Shown here piece by piece: positions 10,016 to 19,898 of a stretch of 39,564 nt of DNA. Position 1 is the stretch's first letter. Every line of letters starts with the position of its first letter. The translations under genes and the position numbers were made by a program. The notes under the pieces are model-generated. The model had not been told where the DNA came from. It saw nothing but the letters and a program-made list of their open reading frames with translations, and did no database searches. Origin of the DNA: Candidatus Hydrogenedentota bacterium (GTDB taxonomy: Bacteria > Hydrogenedentota > Hydrogenedentia > Hydrogenedentales > GCA-2746185); the NCBI GenBank assembly GCA_046583315.1, contig JAYGCN010000108.1:1-39564 (forward strand), written 5' to 3'.

Positions 10016-10825
10016 CTAACCTAGAAACGGGAACATTGTCAGCAATTCATCGTTGGTCGGTTGATGACCGTACTCCGAAATCTCGAAGAATTCACCATAT
10101 CGAATTTTTTTCGATTTCGCTTTGGTATACCACGACTCAAAGGCAGGACGCAAGGTGTCGGTGAAGGCGGCGAAGCGTGTGCCCCAGTTTTCCTCGAGCC
10201 AGGCGAGCCGTTTCTTCTTCCCCTTGGGCAGGGAATCCAGAATTCCCGAATGCCACGCGAGCCATTCATAGAACTGCGACTCCATGGCATCAAACATCTT
10301 CCATTTCATGTCCATCACCGCATCCACGCCCACAGCCACGTCTGGAGAAAAAGGATAGGGCTTCTGGAATCGATCCATAAAATACATAAACGTGGGATTC
10401 TTGCGCAACGCCGGCATCGACGGAAGAAACTGGGGAACCGTCACCATATACGCCGCATCCTGTACCACCTGGGATGTGTAGCGATGATCCGGGTGATAGT
10501 CGTTCGGACGATGGGTGATGACGAGGTCGGCCTTGGCTTTGCGAATCAGCGATACCACCTTTTTGCGCACGGCCAAGGTCGGTTCAAGTTCACCGTCCGG
10601 AGTTGTCATCACAATCGACTTCGCGCCTACGAGATCGGCCGAGCGCTTTGATTCGTGCTTTCGACGGGCCGCAAGCGCTGTACCCTTTTCACTATGATGT
10701 CCCTTGTTGCCGTTGGTCATTGAAACGATGGTCACGTCAAAGCCCGCCTGACACCATAGCGTTACGCAACCACCCGCGACAACTTCCACATCATCAGGAT
10801 GAGCACCAATCAGTACAACATTCAT
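10016..10825 (-). CDS. PIG-L/LmbE family N-acetyl deacetylase
   Basis: GAHPDD, TNGNKG, RRKHES, THRPNDYHPDH motifs. Confidence 0.9.
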   Translation of the reverse strand: MNVVLIGAHPDDVEVVAGGCVTLWCQAGFDVTIVSMTNGNKGHHSEKGTALAARRKHESKRSADLVGAKSIVMTTPDGELEPTLAVRKKVVSLIRKAKADLVITHRPNDYHPDHRYTSQVVQDAAYMVTVPQFLPSMPALRKNPTFMYFMDRFQKPYPFSPDVAVGVDAVMDMKWKMFDAMESQFYEWLAWHSGILDSLPKGKKKRLAWLEENWGTRFAAFTDTLRPAFESWYTKAKSKKIRYGEFFEISEYGHQPTNDELLTMFPFLG

Positions 10826-10846
10826 GAAGCGTCTCCGCCAGGGATA

Positions 10847-11482
10847 TTAGGGTATAAACGTGATGCGAATCGGATTGCCCATCTTCGTTGCGCGGGTCGT
10901 ATCCGATCGCGCGGGGGTATCCAGGGTCAATTCTTCGACCGGTGTATTCGGGAAAAATTCGATCTCTGCACGGGAATGAAGCAATACCGTGTCCGTTTCA
11001 GTCAGATTCAGATGGGGCAAGATATCGTAGATCTCAATCTTCTTGTCTTGGATGGCCGATTTCCCGGTGATGAATTTGAAGGTATGCACGACGTCATTCT
11101 CGACGTAAAGTTTTGTCGTCACCCGGGAGGAATGTTCCGGATAATTCTTCACGCTGCGAACCCCTATTGCCACTTCCAGTTTATCCGGATATGGAAACGC
11201 GACCATCGCATCGACTTTGGCTATCCATTCCAGCTTTGTCTCCGATATCTTCTGGGTTACCGTGCCCGACAAGGCGCTCGGCGCAAGAACCGTCTCAACC
11301 CGCATGGCCGATTCCACATCGCCTATGCCGAATTTGACCCCTTGATCGGAAACAATTGCCGCGATATTCTTCTGTGGCAATACCTCTTGTTCGGCACTCT
11401 CATCAAGGCTGTATTGAGGCTCATCGTCAGAACAACCCGTCAATGCCAGTATCATTATGGAAAAAACGACAAATTTATACAT
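10847..11482 (-). CDS. Hypothetical lipoprotein
   Basis: Signal peptide with lipobox LTGC; fits between co-oriented genes; no recognised domain. Confidence 0.7.
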   Translation of the reverse strand: MYKFVVFSIMILALTGCSDDEPQYSLDESAEQEVLPQKNIAAIVSDQGVKFGIGDVESAMRVETVLAPSALSGTVTQKISETKLEWIAKVDAMVAFPYPDKLEVAIGVRSVKNYPEHSSRVTTKLYVENDVVHTFKFITGKSAIQDKKIEIYDILPHLNLTETDTVLLHSRAEIEFFPNTPVEELTLDTPARSDTTRATKMGNPIRITFIP

Positions 11483-11578
11483 GTTGAAGTTCCTGTAGAA
11501 TTATTTCAATCGCACAACAGAAATTGTATCAAACTCTGCTCGAACGATACTAGCGGAGACCGAAATCGTGGGGATTCC

Positions 11579-11953
11579 CTATGAGTTGTCCGGTTCAGCG
11601 CCTTCTTCTTGCTCCGTTTTCGTCTTGGCCAACAAATCGCTCATTTCTTCGTCGTTCCACGACTGTTGTGACAGCGCGCGCTTCTCCAACGCGAATCGAA
11701 GGCGAATAAATCGAAAATCCAACACGGCGATATAAACCGTCACGAAGAGTAACCCTGCAAAGACACCCCAATATAAAAGACACGCCCAAAATGGATTGGA
11801 CGTGCTCAAATCATCTTTTTCGCTGGAAAGTAGTCGAACAATGTGCAGCAATGAATCGCGCATCATGTCGGAGGTCACCGCGTAGACGGCCATGCCAGCG
11901 GAGGCTAGCAGGCATACTGTGGCGACCTTCCGCCAGCTTTTCTGCTCAAACAT
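11579..11953 (-). CDS. Hypothetical two-TM membrane protein
   Basis: Two hydrophobic segments and an acidic tail; ATG 11953 avoids overlap with the upstream gene. Confidence 0.65.
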   Translation of the reverse strand: MFEQKSWRKVATVCLLASAGMAVYAVTSDMMRDSLLHIVRLLSSEKDDLSTSNPFWACLLYWGVFAGLLFVTVYIAVLDFRFIRLRFALEKRALSQQSWNDEEMSDLLAKTKTEQEEGAEPDNS

Positions 11954-11982
11954 GCAAACACGCGCGGGAAGAATACTCTCGA

Positions 11983-12369
11983 TCAGTCGTATACCCACAC
12001 CGTTTCTTCATACGTTTCTCCAGATGCCGTGCGTACGAGCCGCACTTCGTAATGACCGGCCTGTCGGCGCACTGGGCGTCTCTCCACGACGACAACGCGT
12101 TGCGTTGCCGGAACCTCACGATATACCATCGTGGTCGTATTATACGAATTCTGGGCTATCGCTTCACCTGTGACTGCACCGGCGATTGCACCCAAGCCGG
12201 CACCGATGAGAGCGCCCTCGCCAGCATCACCCGTCTGATGGCCGATGATGGCACCCGCTCCGGCACCCAACAGGCCACCCAAAACGGCACCGTCGTAGGA
12301 TTGTGTCGTTGTGCATCCAGATAAGGCTATTGCCATCGCGCTGAAGAGAAGTATGGGCAAACGATTCAT
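11983..12369 (-). CDS. Glycine-zipper lipoprotein
   Basis: AAGGAG RBS, lipobox LSGC, GAVLGGLLGAGAGAIIG...GALIGAGLGAIAGAVTG glycine zipper. Confidence 0.85.
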   Translation of the reverse strand: MNRLPILLFSAMAIALSGCTTTQSYDGAVLGGLLGAGAGAIIGHQTGDAGEGALIGAGLGAIAGAVTGEAIAQNSYNTTTMVYREVPATQRVVVVERRPVRRQAGHYEVRLVRTASGETYEETVWVYD

Positions 12370-12461
12370 GATAATGTGCTCCTTTCGACCTCAATTCCAG
12401 CGAGGTCCGCTGAAACAATGGACGCCGGAGCGACGACATTATTCATTGATTCACGAAAGCG

Positions 12462-13907
12462 TTATTTAAGGCGCGGAAACAATGGGTCAGATTGCCCAAT
12501 AGGCGTCCCAGAACGGAACATATCTGCAAGGCGATCACCCGTTTCAGGCAGGAACGGTACAAGCCATGTTCCGATTTTCCTCAGTCCGACAATCATTTCA
12601 TCCAGAAATACCGCGAGCTCGTCATCGCGTGATTCCTTGGCTAGCACCCAGGGTTTGACCTCCTCGATGCGCTGATTCAAGTCCGTTGCAGCCCGCCACA
12701 GGGTCGCCAGCGCGTCATTGAAGCGATAATCTGCCATCGCTTCATGATAGCCCTCGGGTGCTTCCTGGTCCGTCTCTGCAAATGGAGTATGCCCGGCCTT
12801 GGCACCAATGGTTTCGACACGGCGCGCAAGATTGCCCAGATTGTTGGCCAAATCAGCGTTATAGACCTCCCTGAAGCGCGTCTCCGAATAGTCTCCGTCT
12901 TCCGTAGGCGAGATTGCGCGCAAAAGATAATAGCGCACGGCGTCTGTTCCAAAAGTTTCGACTTGTTCCATGGGATCGACTACATTACCAAGCGACTTCG
13001 AAATTTTCTGCCCGTTGATGGTGAGATAACCGTGCACGAATACTTCACTCGGTATAGGCAGATCCGCGCTCATCAACATGGCCGGCCAATACACGGTGTG
13101 AAAACGATTGATGCCCTTACCGATCATGTGGATGCGTTTCGGGCAGTCCAGCCAGTACTTCGACAGTTTCTCGCTACCTTCTTCAAGATTCAGTGCCGTC
13201 AGATAATTCGCCAACGCGTCGTACCAAACGTACATCACCTGGTTGTCGTCTCCGGGCACCGGTATGCCCCAATTACCCGCGCGTTTGCGGCTGCGTGAGA
13301 TGCTGAAATCCAGCAGGCCGCCACGGATAAAGGAGAGGATCTCATTGCGTTTTGTTGCCGGAACGATGCGTAGTTCGTTGGACTCAATGAGTTCGAGCAG
13401 TTTGTCCTCATAATTCGAAAGTTTGAAGAAATAATTCTCTTCCTCGACGAGTTCCAGTTCCGTATTGTGGTCGGGACATTTCTTGTCCGGAAAGTCTTTC
13501 TCATTATAGAAGTCTTCACAGCCCACGCAATACAAGCCGGAATAATGTTTCTTGTAGATGTCATCCGGTTTGCAACGGGACCACAGTTCTTTCGCTCCGT
13601 CGAAATGCTGTTGACTGCTGGTTCGGATAAAATCGCTGGTAGCCAGATTGAGGCTGCTCAGAAGCTCGACGAATATCTGCGTATTGCGATCACACAATTC
13701 CTGTGTGGAAATTCCTTCATCCTCGGCAGCGCGCACGTTCTTCAGGGAATTCTCATCCGAGCCGGTAAGGGAATAACAGTCGAGCCCGGTCAGGCGCAGG
13801 TACCGCGCCATGGCATCAGTCTGCACATACTCCAGGGCATGGCCAATGTGCGGGCGGGCGTTGACATAGGGAATCGCCGTGGATATAAAGGCGGTGTTCT
13901 CTGGCAT
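12462..13907 (-). CDS. metG: Methionine--tRNA ligase, short monomeric form with one Zn knuckle
   Basis: TAIPYVNARPHIGH, FIRTS, YSGLYCVGCE..CPDH, WGIPVP, YVWYDAL, KISKS, LANNLGNL. No C-terminal Trbp111-like domain. Confidence 0.92.
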   Translation of the reverse strand: MPENTAFISTAIPYVNARPHIGHALEYVQTDAMARYLRLTGLDCYSLTGSDENSLKNVRAAEDEGISTQELCDRNTQIFVELLSSLNLATSDFIRTSSQQHFDGAKELWSRCKPDDIYKKHYSGLYCVGCEDFYNEKDFPDKKCPDHNTELELVEEENYFFKLSNYEDKLLELIESNELRIVPATKRNEILSFIRGGLLDFSISRSRKRAGNWGIPVPGDDNQVMYVWYDALANYLTALNLEEGSEKLSKYWLDCPKRIHMIGKGINRFHTVYWPAMLMSADLPIPSEVFVHGYLTINGQKISKSLGNVVDPMEQVETFGTDAVRYYLLRAISPTEDGDYSETRFREVYNADLANNLGNLARRVETIGAKAGHTPFAETDQEAPEGYHEAMADYRFNDALATLWRAATDLNQRIEEVKPWVLAKESRDDELAVFLDEMIVGLRKIGTWLVPFLPETGDRLADMFRSGTPIGQSDPLFPRLK

Positions 13908-14100
13908 GATGCTACTGTCTCCAAATACTGCGTGGGGGTTCGGGAAAATCGGACGAAATACTACGATTGCGCTGTATAGCGGGCCATAGTTTAACAAACA
14001 AACGGGTGTTTATGCACACTTCAAGCGTGGAGCGACCTCGGCGCGCGCCTTGTTTGTGAATCCGCAGTGTACTAAACTGAGTCGAATCAACAAGAGGAGA

Positions 14101-14991
14101 ATGCATAGCGTGACTAGCAGCACCGACATTATTGATAAAGCCATCGATATGGCCGCGGCGGGCGAAGCCGCAGATGCCACTCGTTTGTTGTGGCCTCTGA
14201 TGGCCTCTGGAGAACAGGATGACCAGGCATTGTTCGCGCTTGCCTTCTGTTTTGAGAAGGCCAATAATTTCGCCACGGCCAACTATCTGTATGGGGTGAT
14301 TCTTGAATCGTACCCGGATTTTGAATCAGCCATTGCCCGCCAGGTTGCCTGCAAAGCCGTCGTTTTCGAAAAGGGCCTTATTGAAGATTTCACCGACCTC
14401 GGCCATCGAAAATGTGGGGCATGTCGACTGCGCTATCGGTCGGAACACATGCTGTGTCCCTATTGCGGCACCGACAAAGATGCGGAGGATTCGTACGAGG
14501 ATCCGGATTTCGACACTGAAGAGATTCCGCCCGGTTGGAAGGATCCATCACTACTTGAAACCCTGCAGGACATGGGGCGCGACGCAGCGGATCGCATTCA
14601 AGATGTCGTTGAGAGCGACGCGGTGCAGGACTTCTCCAAGAAAGTCAGCTCAGCCGCTCAATCGTCGCTGAAGAAAGCGAAAGAATATTCGGAGCGCGAA
14701 AACGTGAAAGAGGTAACCGATCGCGGCGCTGAAATTGGCAAAGATTTTGTGGGTAAAGCCGAGAAGCTCACCGAAAATTCCACCATACGCGATGTTGCGC
14801 AAAAGATTGAGGACCTTAGTTGGAAAGCTTCAGACGCGATGAAGGATCTGATTACCGGTAACAACGATTCCGGGCGTGAGGACTCGGAACGCAACGATGG
14901 GGGAGATGCATTGGAGAAGGCGAAAGAAGCAGGTAAATCCATCCTCCGCAAAATTCGCGACCTCATCGATCCCGACAAGGGCAAAGGCTGA
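14101..14991 (+). CDS. Hypothetical protein: TPR-like N-terminus, Zn ribbon, helical repeats
   Basis: GAGGAG RBS (start ATG 14101 or GTG 14110); TPR-like ALFALAFCFEKANNFATANYLY; CGAC-x10-CPYC; three 27-aa repeats. Confidence 0.75.
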   Translation: MHSVTSSTDIIDKAIDMAAAGEAADATRLLWPLMASGEQDDQALFALAFCFEKANNFATANYLYGVILESYPDFESAIARQVACKAVVFEKGLIEDFTDLGHRKCGACRLRYRSEHMLCPYCGTDKDAEDSYEDPDFDTEEIPPGWKDPSLLETLQDMGRDAADRIQDVVESDAVQDFSKKVSSAAQSSLKKAKEYSERENVKEVTDRGAEIGKDFVGKAEKLTENSTIRDVAQKIEDLSWKASDAMKDLITGNNDSGREDSERNDGGDALEKAKEAGKSILRKIRDLIDPDKGKG

Positions 14992-14992
14992 A

Positions 14993-16267
14993 TCAGGCGG
15001 AGATGATTTCTTTGCCACCCATGTAAGGTCGCAAGACCTCGGGAATCACTATCGACCCGTCGGCCTGCTGATAATTCTCCAGCACGGCGATAAACGTGCG
15101 GCCCACGGCGAGACCCGATCCGTTCAAGGTGTGCACAAATTCAGGTTTTTTGTCGCGTTTGAAGCGGATATTCGCCCGGCGCGCCTGAAAATCGCGACAA
15201 TTTGAACAGGAACTGATTTCGCGATATGTGTCCTGCCCCGGCAACCACACCTCCAGGTCATAGGTTTTCGCTGCGTTGAATCCAGTATCGCCAGTACACA
15301 AGGTTACGACGCGGTAGGGCAATTCCAGCTTTTGGAGAATCGCCTCGGCATGGGCCGTCATCGACTCCAATTCGTCAAACGAATCTTCCGGCACCACAAG
15401 CTTTATCATTTCTACTTTATTGAACTGATGTTGCCTCAACATGCCGCGCGTGTCCTTGCCGTAGGATCCGGCTTCAGAGCGAAAGCAGGGTGTGCAGGCC
15501 GTGTAGCGCAACGGCAACTGCTCTGCATCCAGAATGTCGCCTGCGTGCATATAGGTCAGCGGCACTTCAGAGGTTGGGATCAGCCAGAGATCCTGATCGC
15601 CTTCCAGACGAAACAAGTCCTCCGCAAATTTCGGGAGCTGTCCGATACCGCGCATCGTATCCGAATTCACCATATACGGCGGCTGAATTTCCGTGTACCC
15701 ATGTTCCTGCGTCTGCACATCGAGCATGAACTGCGCCAACGCGCGTTCAAGACGTGCGCCATCACCGCGTAACAGTGAGAATCGTGCGCGTGCAATTTTC
15801 GAAGCCGATTCAAAATCCAGGATACCCAAAGCCTCACCCAGATCGACATGGTCCTTTGCATCGAAATCGAAGGTGGGGGGCGTACCCCATTTCCGTTCTT
15901 CACGATTGTCGTCTTCCGAAGTTCCCAGCGGGACCGACTCGTCAGGCATGTTTGGAATAAGATGCAAAAGGTTTTGCAATTCTACATCCTTCATTTTTGC
16001 TTCTTCCATCAACGCCTTCGACTGTCCGCTGATTGTCTGCATGGCTACGATGGCCTCTGTCGCATCCTCACCAGCTTTCTTGAGAGCCGAAATTTTCTGC
16101 GAGGCGACGTTCTGCTCGGCCCGAAGCGTTTCCGCCTTGTGTTGCAACTCCCGGCGCTCCACATCCAGTGTGATGATGCCGTCGACATCAACGCCTTCCG
16201 CATTGCGGTTCTTGAGTGCATCTTTTACCGCGTCTGGATTCTCGCGAATGAGTTTAATATCGAACAT
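14993..16267 (-). CDS. serS: Serine--tRNA ligase
   Basis: [60 protein letters not shown]. Confidence 0.97.
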   Translation of the reverse strand: MFDIKLIRENPDAVKDALKNRNAEGVDVDGIITLDVERRELQHKAETLRAEQNVASQKISALKKAGEDATEAIVAMQTISGQSKALMEEAKMKDVELQNLLHLIPNMPDESVPLGTSEDDNREERKWGTPPTFDFDAKDHVDLGEALGILDFESASKIARARFSLLRGDGARLERALAQFMLDVQTQEHGYTEIQPPYMVNSDTMRGIGQLPKFAEDLFRLEGDQDLWLIPTSEVPLTYMHAGDILDAEQLPLRYTACTPCFRSEAGSYGKDTRGMLRQHQFNKVEMIKLVVPEDSFDELESMTAHAEAILQKLELPYRVVTLCTGDTGFNAAKTYDLEVWLPGQDTYREISSCSNCRDFQARRANIRFKRDKKPEFVHTLNGSGLAVGRTFIAVLENYQQADGSIVIPEVLRPYMGGKEIISA

Positions 16268-16356
16268 GATGGAGTTCTTTCTGTAAAGTTAAGTCATTGG
16301 TAACAGGTAGCTTAGGGGAGTTTTGGAGGCAAAGCGGAAAGCGTTGCGATAGTCAA

Positions 16357-17253
16357 TCACGATCGAATAATTTCCAGAATTCTGTCCAGATCATCCAGAT
16401 TATAGAACTCGATTTCAATCTTTCCGTGATTTTTGTTGTCCGCGCGCAACCGGACCTTTGTGCCCAGGCGTTTGCGCAGCTCATCCTCGATGGCGGTGAC
16501 ATGCGGATCATGTCCGTTCGAAGTGGATGCATTGCGCGGCGATTTCGGACGTGTGACCTTTTCTGCCTCACGAACCGACAAACCATTCTGGATTATTTTT
16601 CGGCATGCTGAACGTTGTGCGTCTTCCGATTCGACCGATAGTAATGCGCGCGCGTGACCCATGGACAATTCTCCCGAGATGACGTGTTGCTGAATGTCAT
16701 CGGGCAACTGCAAGAGTCGAATGGTGTTGGCGATCGTCGCACGCTTTTTCCCCACGACGTTCGAGAGCTCATCCTGGGTACATTTCATCTCGTCTATTAG
16801 TTGCGTGTAGGCCTCTGCCAATTCAATCGCGTTCAGATCTTCCCGCTGCACATTCTCGATGATGCCCAGCCGAAGCATGTCACTGTCGGAGACGTCTCGA
16901 CAGATAGCCGGGACTAAATCCAGCTCCGCCAATATGCTCGCACGCACGCGACGTTCACCACTGACGAGTTCGTATTGCCCGTCGTTCAGACGCCGCACGA
17001 CGACCGGTTCAAGCACCCCGTCATGCCGAATGGACTGCGCCAGTTCCTGTAACTGTTCCTCTTCAAACTGGCGACGCGGCTGTTTAGGGTTGTTGCGTAC
17101 GGTGCGGGGATCAATCTGGACTAATTCGGTTCCGTCGGGCAGTGCCGATGGGGGATCGATAATCGATATGGGATCGATTGTCGTGGCACCATCGGACCCG
17201 CCTATCAGCGCGCTAAGTCCCTTGCCTAAACTTTTTCTTTTTTGCGCAGCCAC
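16357..17253 (-). CDS. parB: Chromosome partitioning protein ParB/Spo0J
   Basis: LGKGLSALI, NPKQPRR, GERRVRA, ENVQREDLNAIE, HTH. GTG 17253 chosen because the longer ORF overlaps parA. Confidence 0.95.
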   Translation of the reverse strand: MAAQKRKSLGKGLSALIGGSDGATTIDPISIIDPPSALPDGTELVQIDPRTVRNNPKQPRRQFEEEQLQELAQSIRHDGVLEPVVVRRLNDGQYELVSGERRVRASILAELDLVPAICRDVSDSDMLRLGIIENVQREDLNAIELAEAYTQLIDEMKCTQDELSNVVGKKRATIANTIRLLQLPDDIQQHVISGELSMGHARALLSVESEDAQRSACRKIIQNGLSVREAEKVTRPKSPRNASTSNGHDPHVTAIEDELRKRLGTKVRLRADNKNHGKIEIEFYNLDDLDRILEIIRS

Positions 17254-17278
17254 CCGTTGTTCCCGCTTTCCTCTGTCG

Positions 17279-18040
17279 TTACGCCTTACGTTTTTGCAAC
17301 TCTTCGGCAAGTCGTGTATAGGCAAACGCGCCTGCGCATGCCCGGTCATACTCGATAATGGGCATGCCGAAACTCGGTGCCTCGCCCAGTGTAACATTTC
17401 GAGGGATGACGGTCTCAAACACTTTATCACCCAAATGCGCGCGAACGTCATCCATCACCTGCTTGGACAGGTTGGTCCGCTGGTACATGGTGAGCAACAC
17501 GCCCTTCAATCGTAATTCGCTATTCAAATTGTCTCGAACCAGTATGATCGTCTGGAGCAGCTCGCTCAAGCCTTCCAGGGCAAAATATTCGCATTGAAGC
17601 GGAATCAACACGCTATCGGCTGCAGTAAGGCCGTTGACGGTGAGCAGACTCAGGGACGGCGGCGCATCGATCAATATATAGTCATAGGTATCCCGAAGCG
17701 GATCAATGGACTCCTTGAGACGGTATTCGCGTTTCGCCACATTGACCAGTTCTACCTCAGCGCCCGCGAGATCCTTCTCCGTTGGCAGAATGTCGAGATT
17801 TTCGAAACGTGTCTGAATCAATGCCTCGCTGGTGTCGGTCTCATTCACCAGCACGTCATAGAGGGAAGCCTCCAGGCTCTGCTTGTCGATGCCCACGCCA
17901 CTGGTCGAATTACCTTGAGGGTCCAAATCCACCAGCAAGGTGCGCTGACCCGCTTGAGCAAGGCATGCGGACAAATTGACGGCTGTCGTGGTTTTTCCCA
18001 CGCCCCCTTTTTGATTCGCTATGACGATCACCTGACCCAT
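17279..18040 (-). CDS. parA: Chromosome partitioning ATPase ParA/Soj
   Basis: NQKGGVGKTTT, DLDPQGN, IDAPPSL, QCEYFALEGL, IPRNVTLGEAPSFG. Confidence 0.96.
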   Translation of the reverse strand: MGQVIVIANQKGGVGKTTTAVNLSACLAQAGQRTLLVDLDPQGNSTSGVGIDKQSLEASLYDVLVNETDTSEALIQTRFENLDILPTEKDLAGAEVELVNVAKREYRLKESIDPLRDTYDYILIDAPPSLSLLTVNGLTAADSVLIPLQCEYFALEGLSELLQTIILVRDNLNSELRLKGVLLTMYQRTNLSKQVMDDVRAHLGDKVFETVIPRNVTLGEAPSFGMPIIEYDRACAGAFAYTRLAEELQKRKA

Positions 18041-18145
18041 CGGTGCTATGGTGTCCCCTCTGGTTCCCGATATCGGCCCATAATTGGAATCGGTATCATA
18101 CGGGCCATGTCATGCCAAGTCAATCTCTGCAGGTGTTTGCCGCGC

Positions 18146-18649
18146 CTAAGCATGACCAATCGGGTTGCCCAGCTGCCGCCGTGCGTAATTTACCTGGCCG
18201 ATGTGCGTGGCTATGTCCAGCAGCGGCCTTAACATACGCATGAGCACCGGCCACTCCTCCCAATGCGGCGGGTAGACTCCCGGACGCGTCTCCATGAAGG
18301 CCTCACCATCCAGCGTGTAGAAGACTTCAAAAAATCGGGCAGTCAAGTCCGCTCGATAGCAGCGCATCGCTTCCAGGTGCCAATTTTCGGCCTCCCCAAT
18401 ATCGGGAACCGTTATATCCTCTGTGGAGCCCGGTTTCAGGTTATTGTTGATAAGATTAATGAGATCCAACTGATGTTTGAGCAGCATACCGATGCTCCAG
18501 CTGCCGTGACCGGGCTCAACATTCAAGTCTTCGGGACGCAATCCAGCCATCGATTCAGCCGCCCGCCGCTCATTTTCGTTGAAATAATAGATGATCACCT
18601 CGCGAAACGTCGCCGCTGTCGGCGTGGGTGCTTGATCGGGAAAATTCAT
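18146..18649 (-). CDS. DinB/YfiT superfamily protein
   Basis: WSIGMLLKH and DIATHIGQVNYARRQLG motifs; GAAAGGA RBS before ATG 18649. Confidence 0.75.
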   Translation of the reverse strand: MNFPDQAPTPTAATFREVIIYYFNENERRAAESMAGLRPEDLNVEPGHGSWSIGMLLKHQLDLINLINNNLKPGSTEDITVPDIGEAENWHLEAMRCYRADLTARFFEVFYTLDGEAFMETRPGVYPPHWEEWPVLMRMLRPLLDIATHIGQVNYARRQLGNPIGHA

Positions 18650-18827
18650 GATTAACGTTCCTTTCGAGTTGTCAGTGCGCCCAGTGTAATCCAAAGAGAC
18701 ACCCCACTTCATGTGAATCCAAGGCCCAATTCGAAACTTGATGTTTATACCAAGGCCGCTTTACCATAGGGACGCGAGGATTACTCTAGTCGATCCTCTC
18801 GGGCTGAAGTAAAAAAGGAGTTATCCG

Positions 18828-19796
18828 TTGCATAATCTGGCGGAATTGAAGGGCTTAAGCAATTGGCCCGCAATGCGATCCGGTATAGAGGCCTCTCTGC
18901 TCGAGGTTTTGGGTTCAATCCCAAGTTCGAATGGCGATCATCAGGTCAAAATCGTGGACGAAATTGAAGGCCCCGGTTACGTGCGCAAGGAAGTTCACTA
19001 TTTCGTGGACGAATGGGCGCGCATCTCCGCCTGGGTGTTTGTCCCCGAAGATGCCGAAGACTGTCCGGCACTCGTGTGTTGCCACAGTCGCACACGAATG
19101 GGGAAAGACGAACCGGCCGGATACGAAGGGGCCGATTCGGCCCTTGCCTTCGGACGCTACTTCGCAGAGATGGGTTACGCCACTATCGCGCCCGATTGCA
19201 TCACGGTGGGCGAACGGCTCGGCGGCGCGCTCTCGCCTTACGACACGTCGGCCTACTACAAAGACAAACCCAAGCAATCGGCTTTGGGAAAAATGGTTAC
19301 CGACTACATGCGGTGCATTGACGTGCTCGAAGAATTGAGCGGAATTGATCCCGCGCGTGTCGGCGTTGTGGGGCACGGACTGGGAGGCTGCAACGCGCTG
19401 CTTCTTGCCGCGCTCGACGATCGCGTTTCGGCTGTCGTTTCCAGTTGTGGATTTACTCGTTTTGCCAACGATCACCAACCAGATCGCTGGCTGGAGCACG
19501 ACGGACTGTCGTTGTTGCCTGGATTGGCCCAAGCCATCGGGAAGAATGAGTACCCCTTCGACTGGGAGCACATTCTCGCCATGATTGCGCCGAGTCCGAC
19601 GCTACTGATTACCGCCGACGACCACAACGTCCTGTCCGATCCGGCAAGTTGTGAAGTCGCAGTGGGTCTGGCCCAGCCGGTCTTCGCACAGCTTGGCGCG
19701 GCACGCGCTCTGGAAAACCACGTTCATCCGGGTGAGGAGACCTTGCCCCTGGCACAGTTGGATGCCGCGACAGAATGGTTTGATCAGTGGTTATAG
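18828..19796 (+). CDS. Alpha/beta-hydrolase fold protein (dienelactone hydrolase/esterase-like), nucleophile apparently absent
   Basis: AAGGAG RBS with TTG start; PALVCCH, GYATIAPD, GER, IDPARVGVVGHGLGG, ALDDRV, LAMIAPSP. Confidence 0.85.
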   Translation: MHNLAELKGLSNWPAMRSGIEASLLEVLGSIPSSNGDHQVKIVDEIEGPGYVRKEVHYFVDEWARISAWVFVPEDAEDCPALVCCHSRTRMGKDEPAGYEGADSALAFGRYFAEMGYATIAPDCITVGERLGGALSPYDTSAYYKDKPKQSALGKMVTDYMRCIDVLEELSGIDPARVGVVGHGLGGCNALLLAALDDRVSAVVSSCGFTRFANDHQPDRWLEHDGLSLLPGLAQAIGKNEYPFDWEHILAMIAPSPTLLITADDHNVLSDPASCEVAVGLAQPVFAQLGAARALENHVHPGEETLPLAQLDAATEWFDQWL

Positions 19797-19898
19797 GTTA
19801 TAAACGACAAATGATGAGTCGAGCGAATAGATGTATGCGTAGCGCGGGTTCAATGTAGGCGCGTCCACGCTCAAGATGAAATCAAGAGGAGTACAGCA

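Noticed and set aside
18705..18720. parS site upstream of parA
   Set aside because: Only the TTCATGTGAA core matches; the flanks differ from TGTTTCACGTGAAACA. I noticed no convincing parS in the window.
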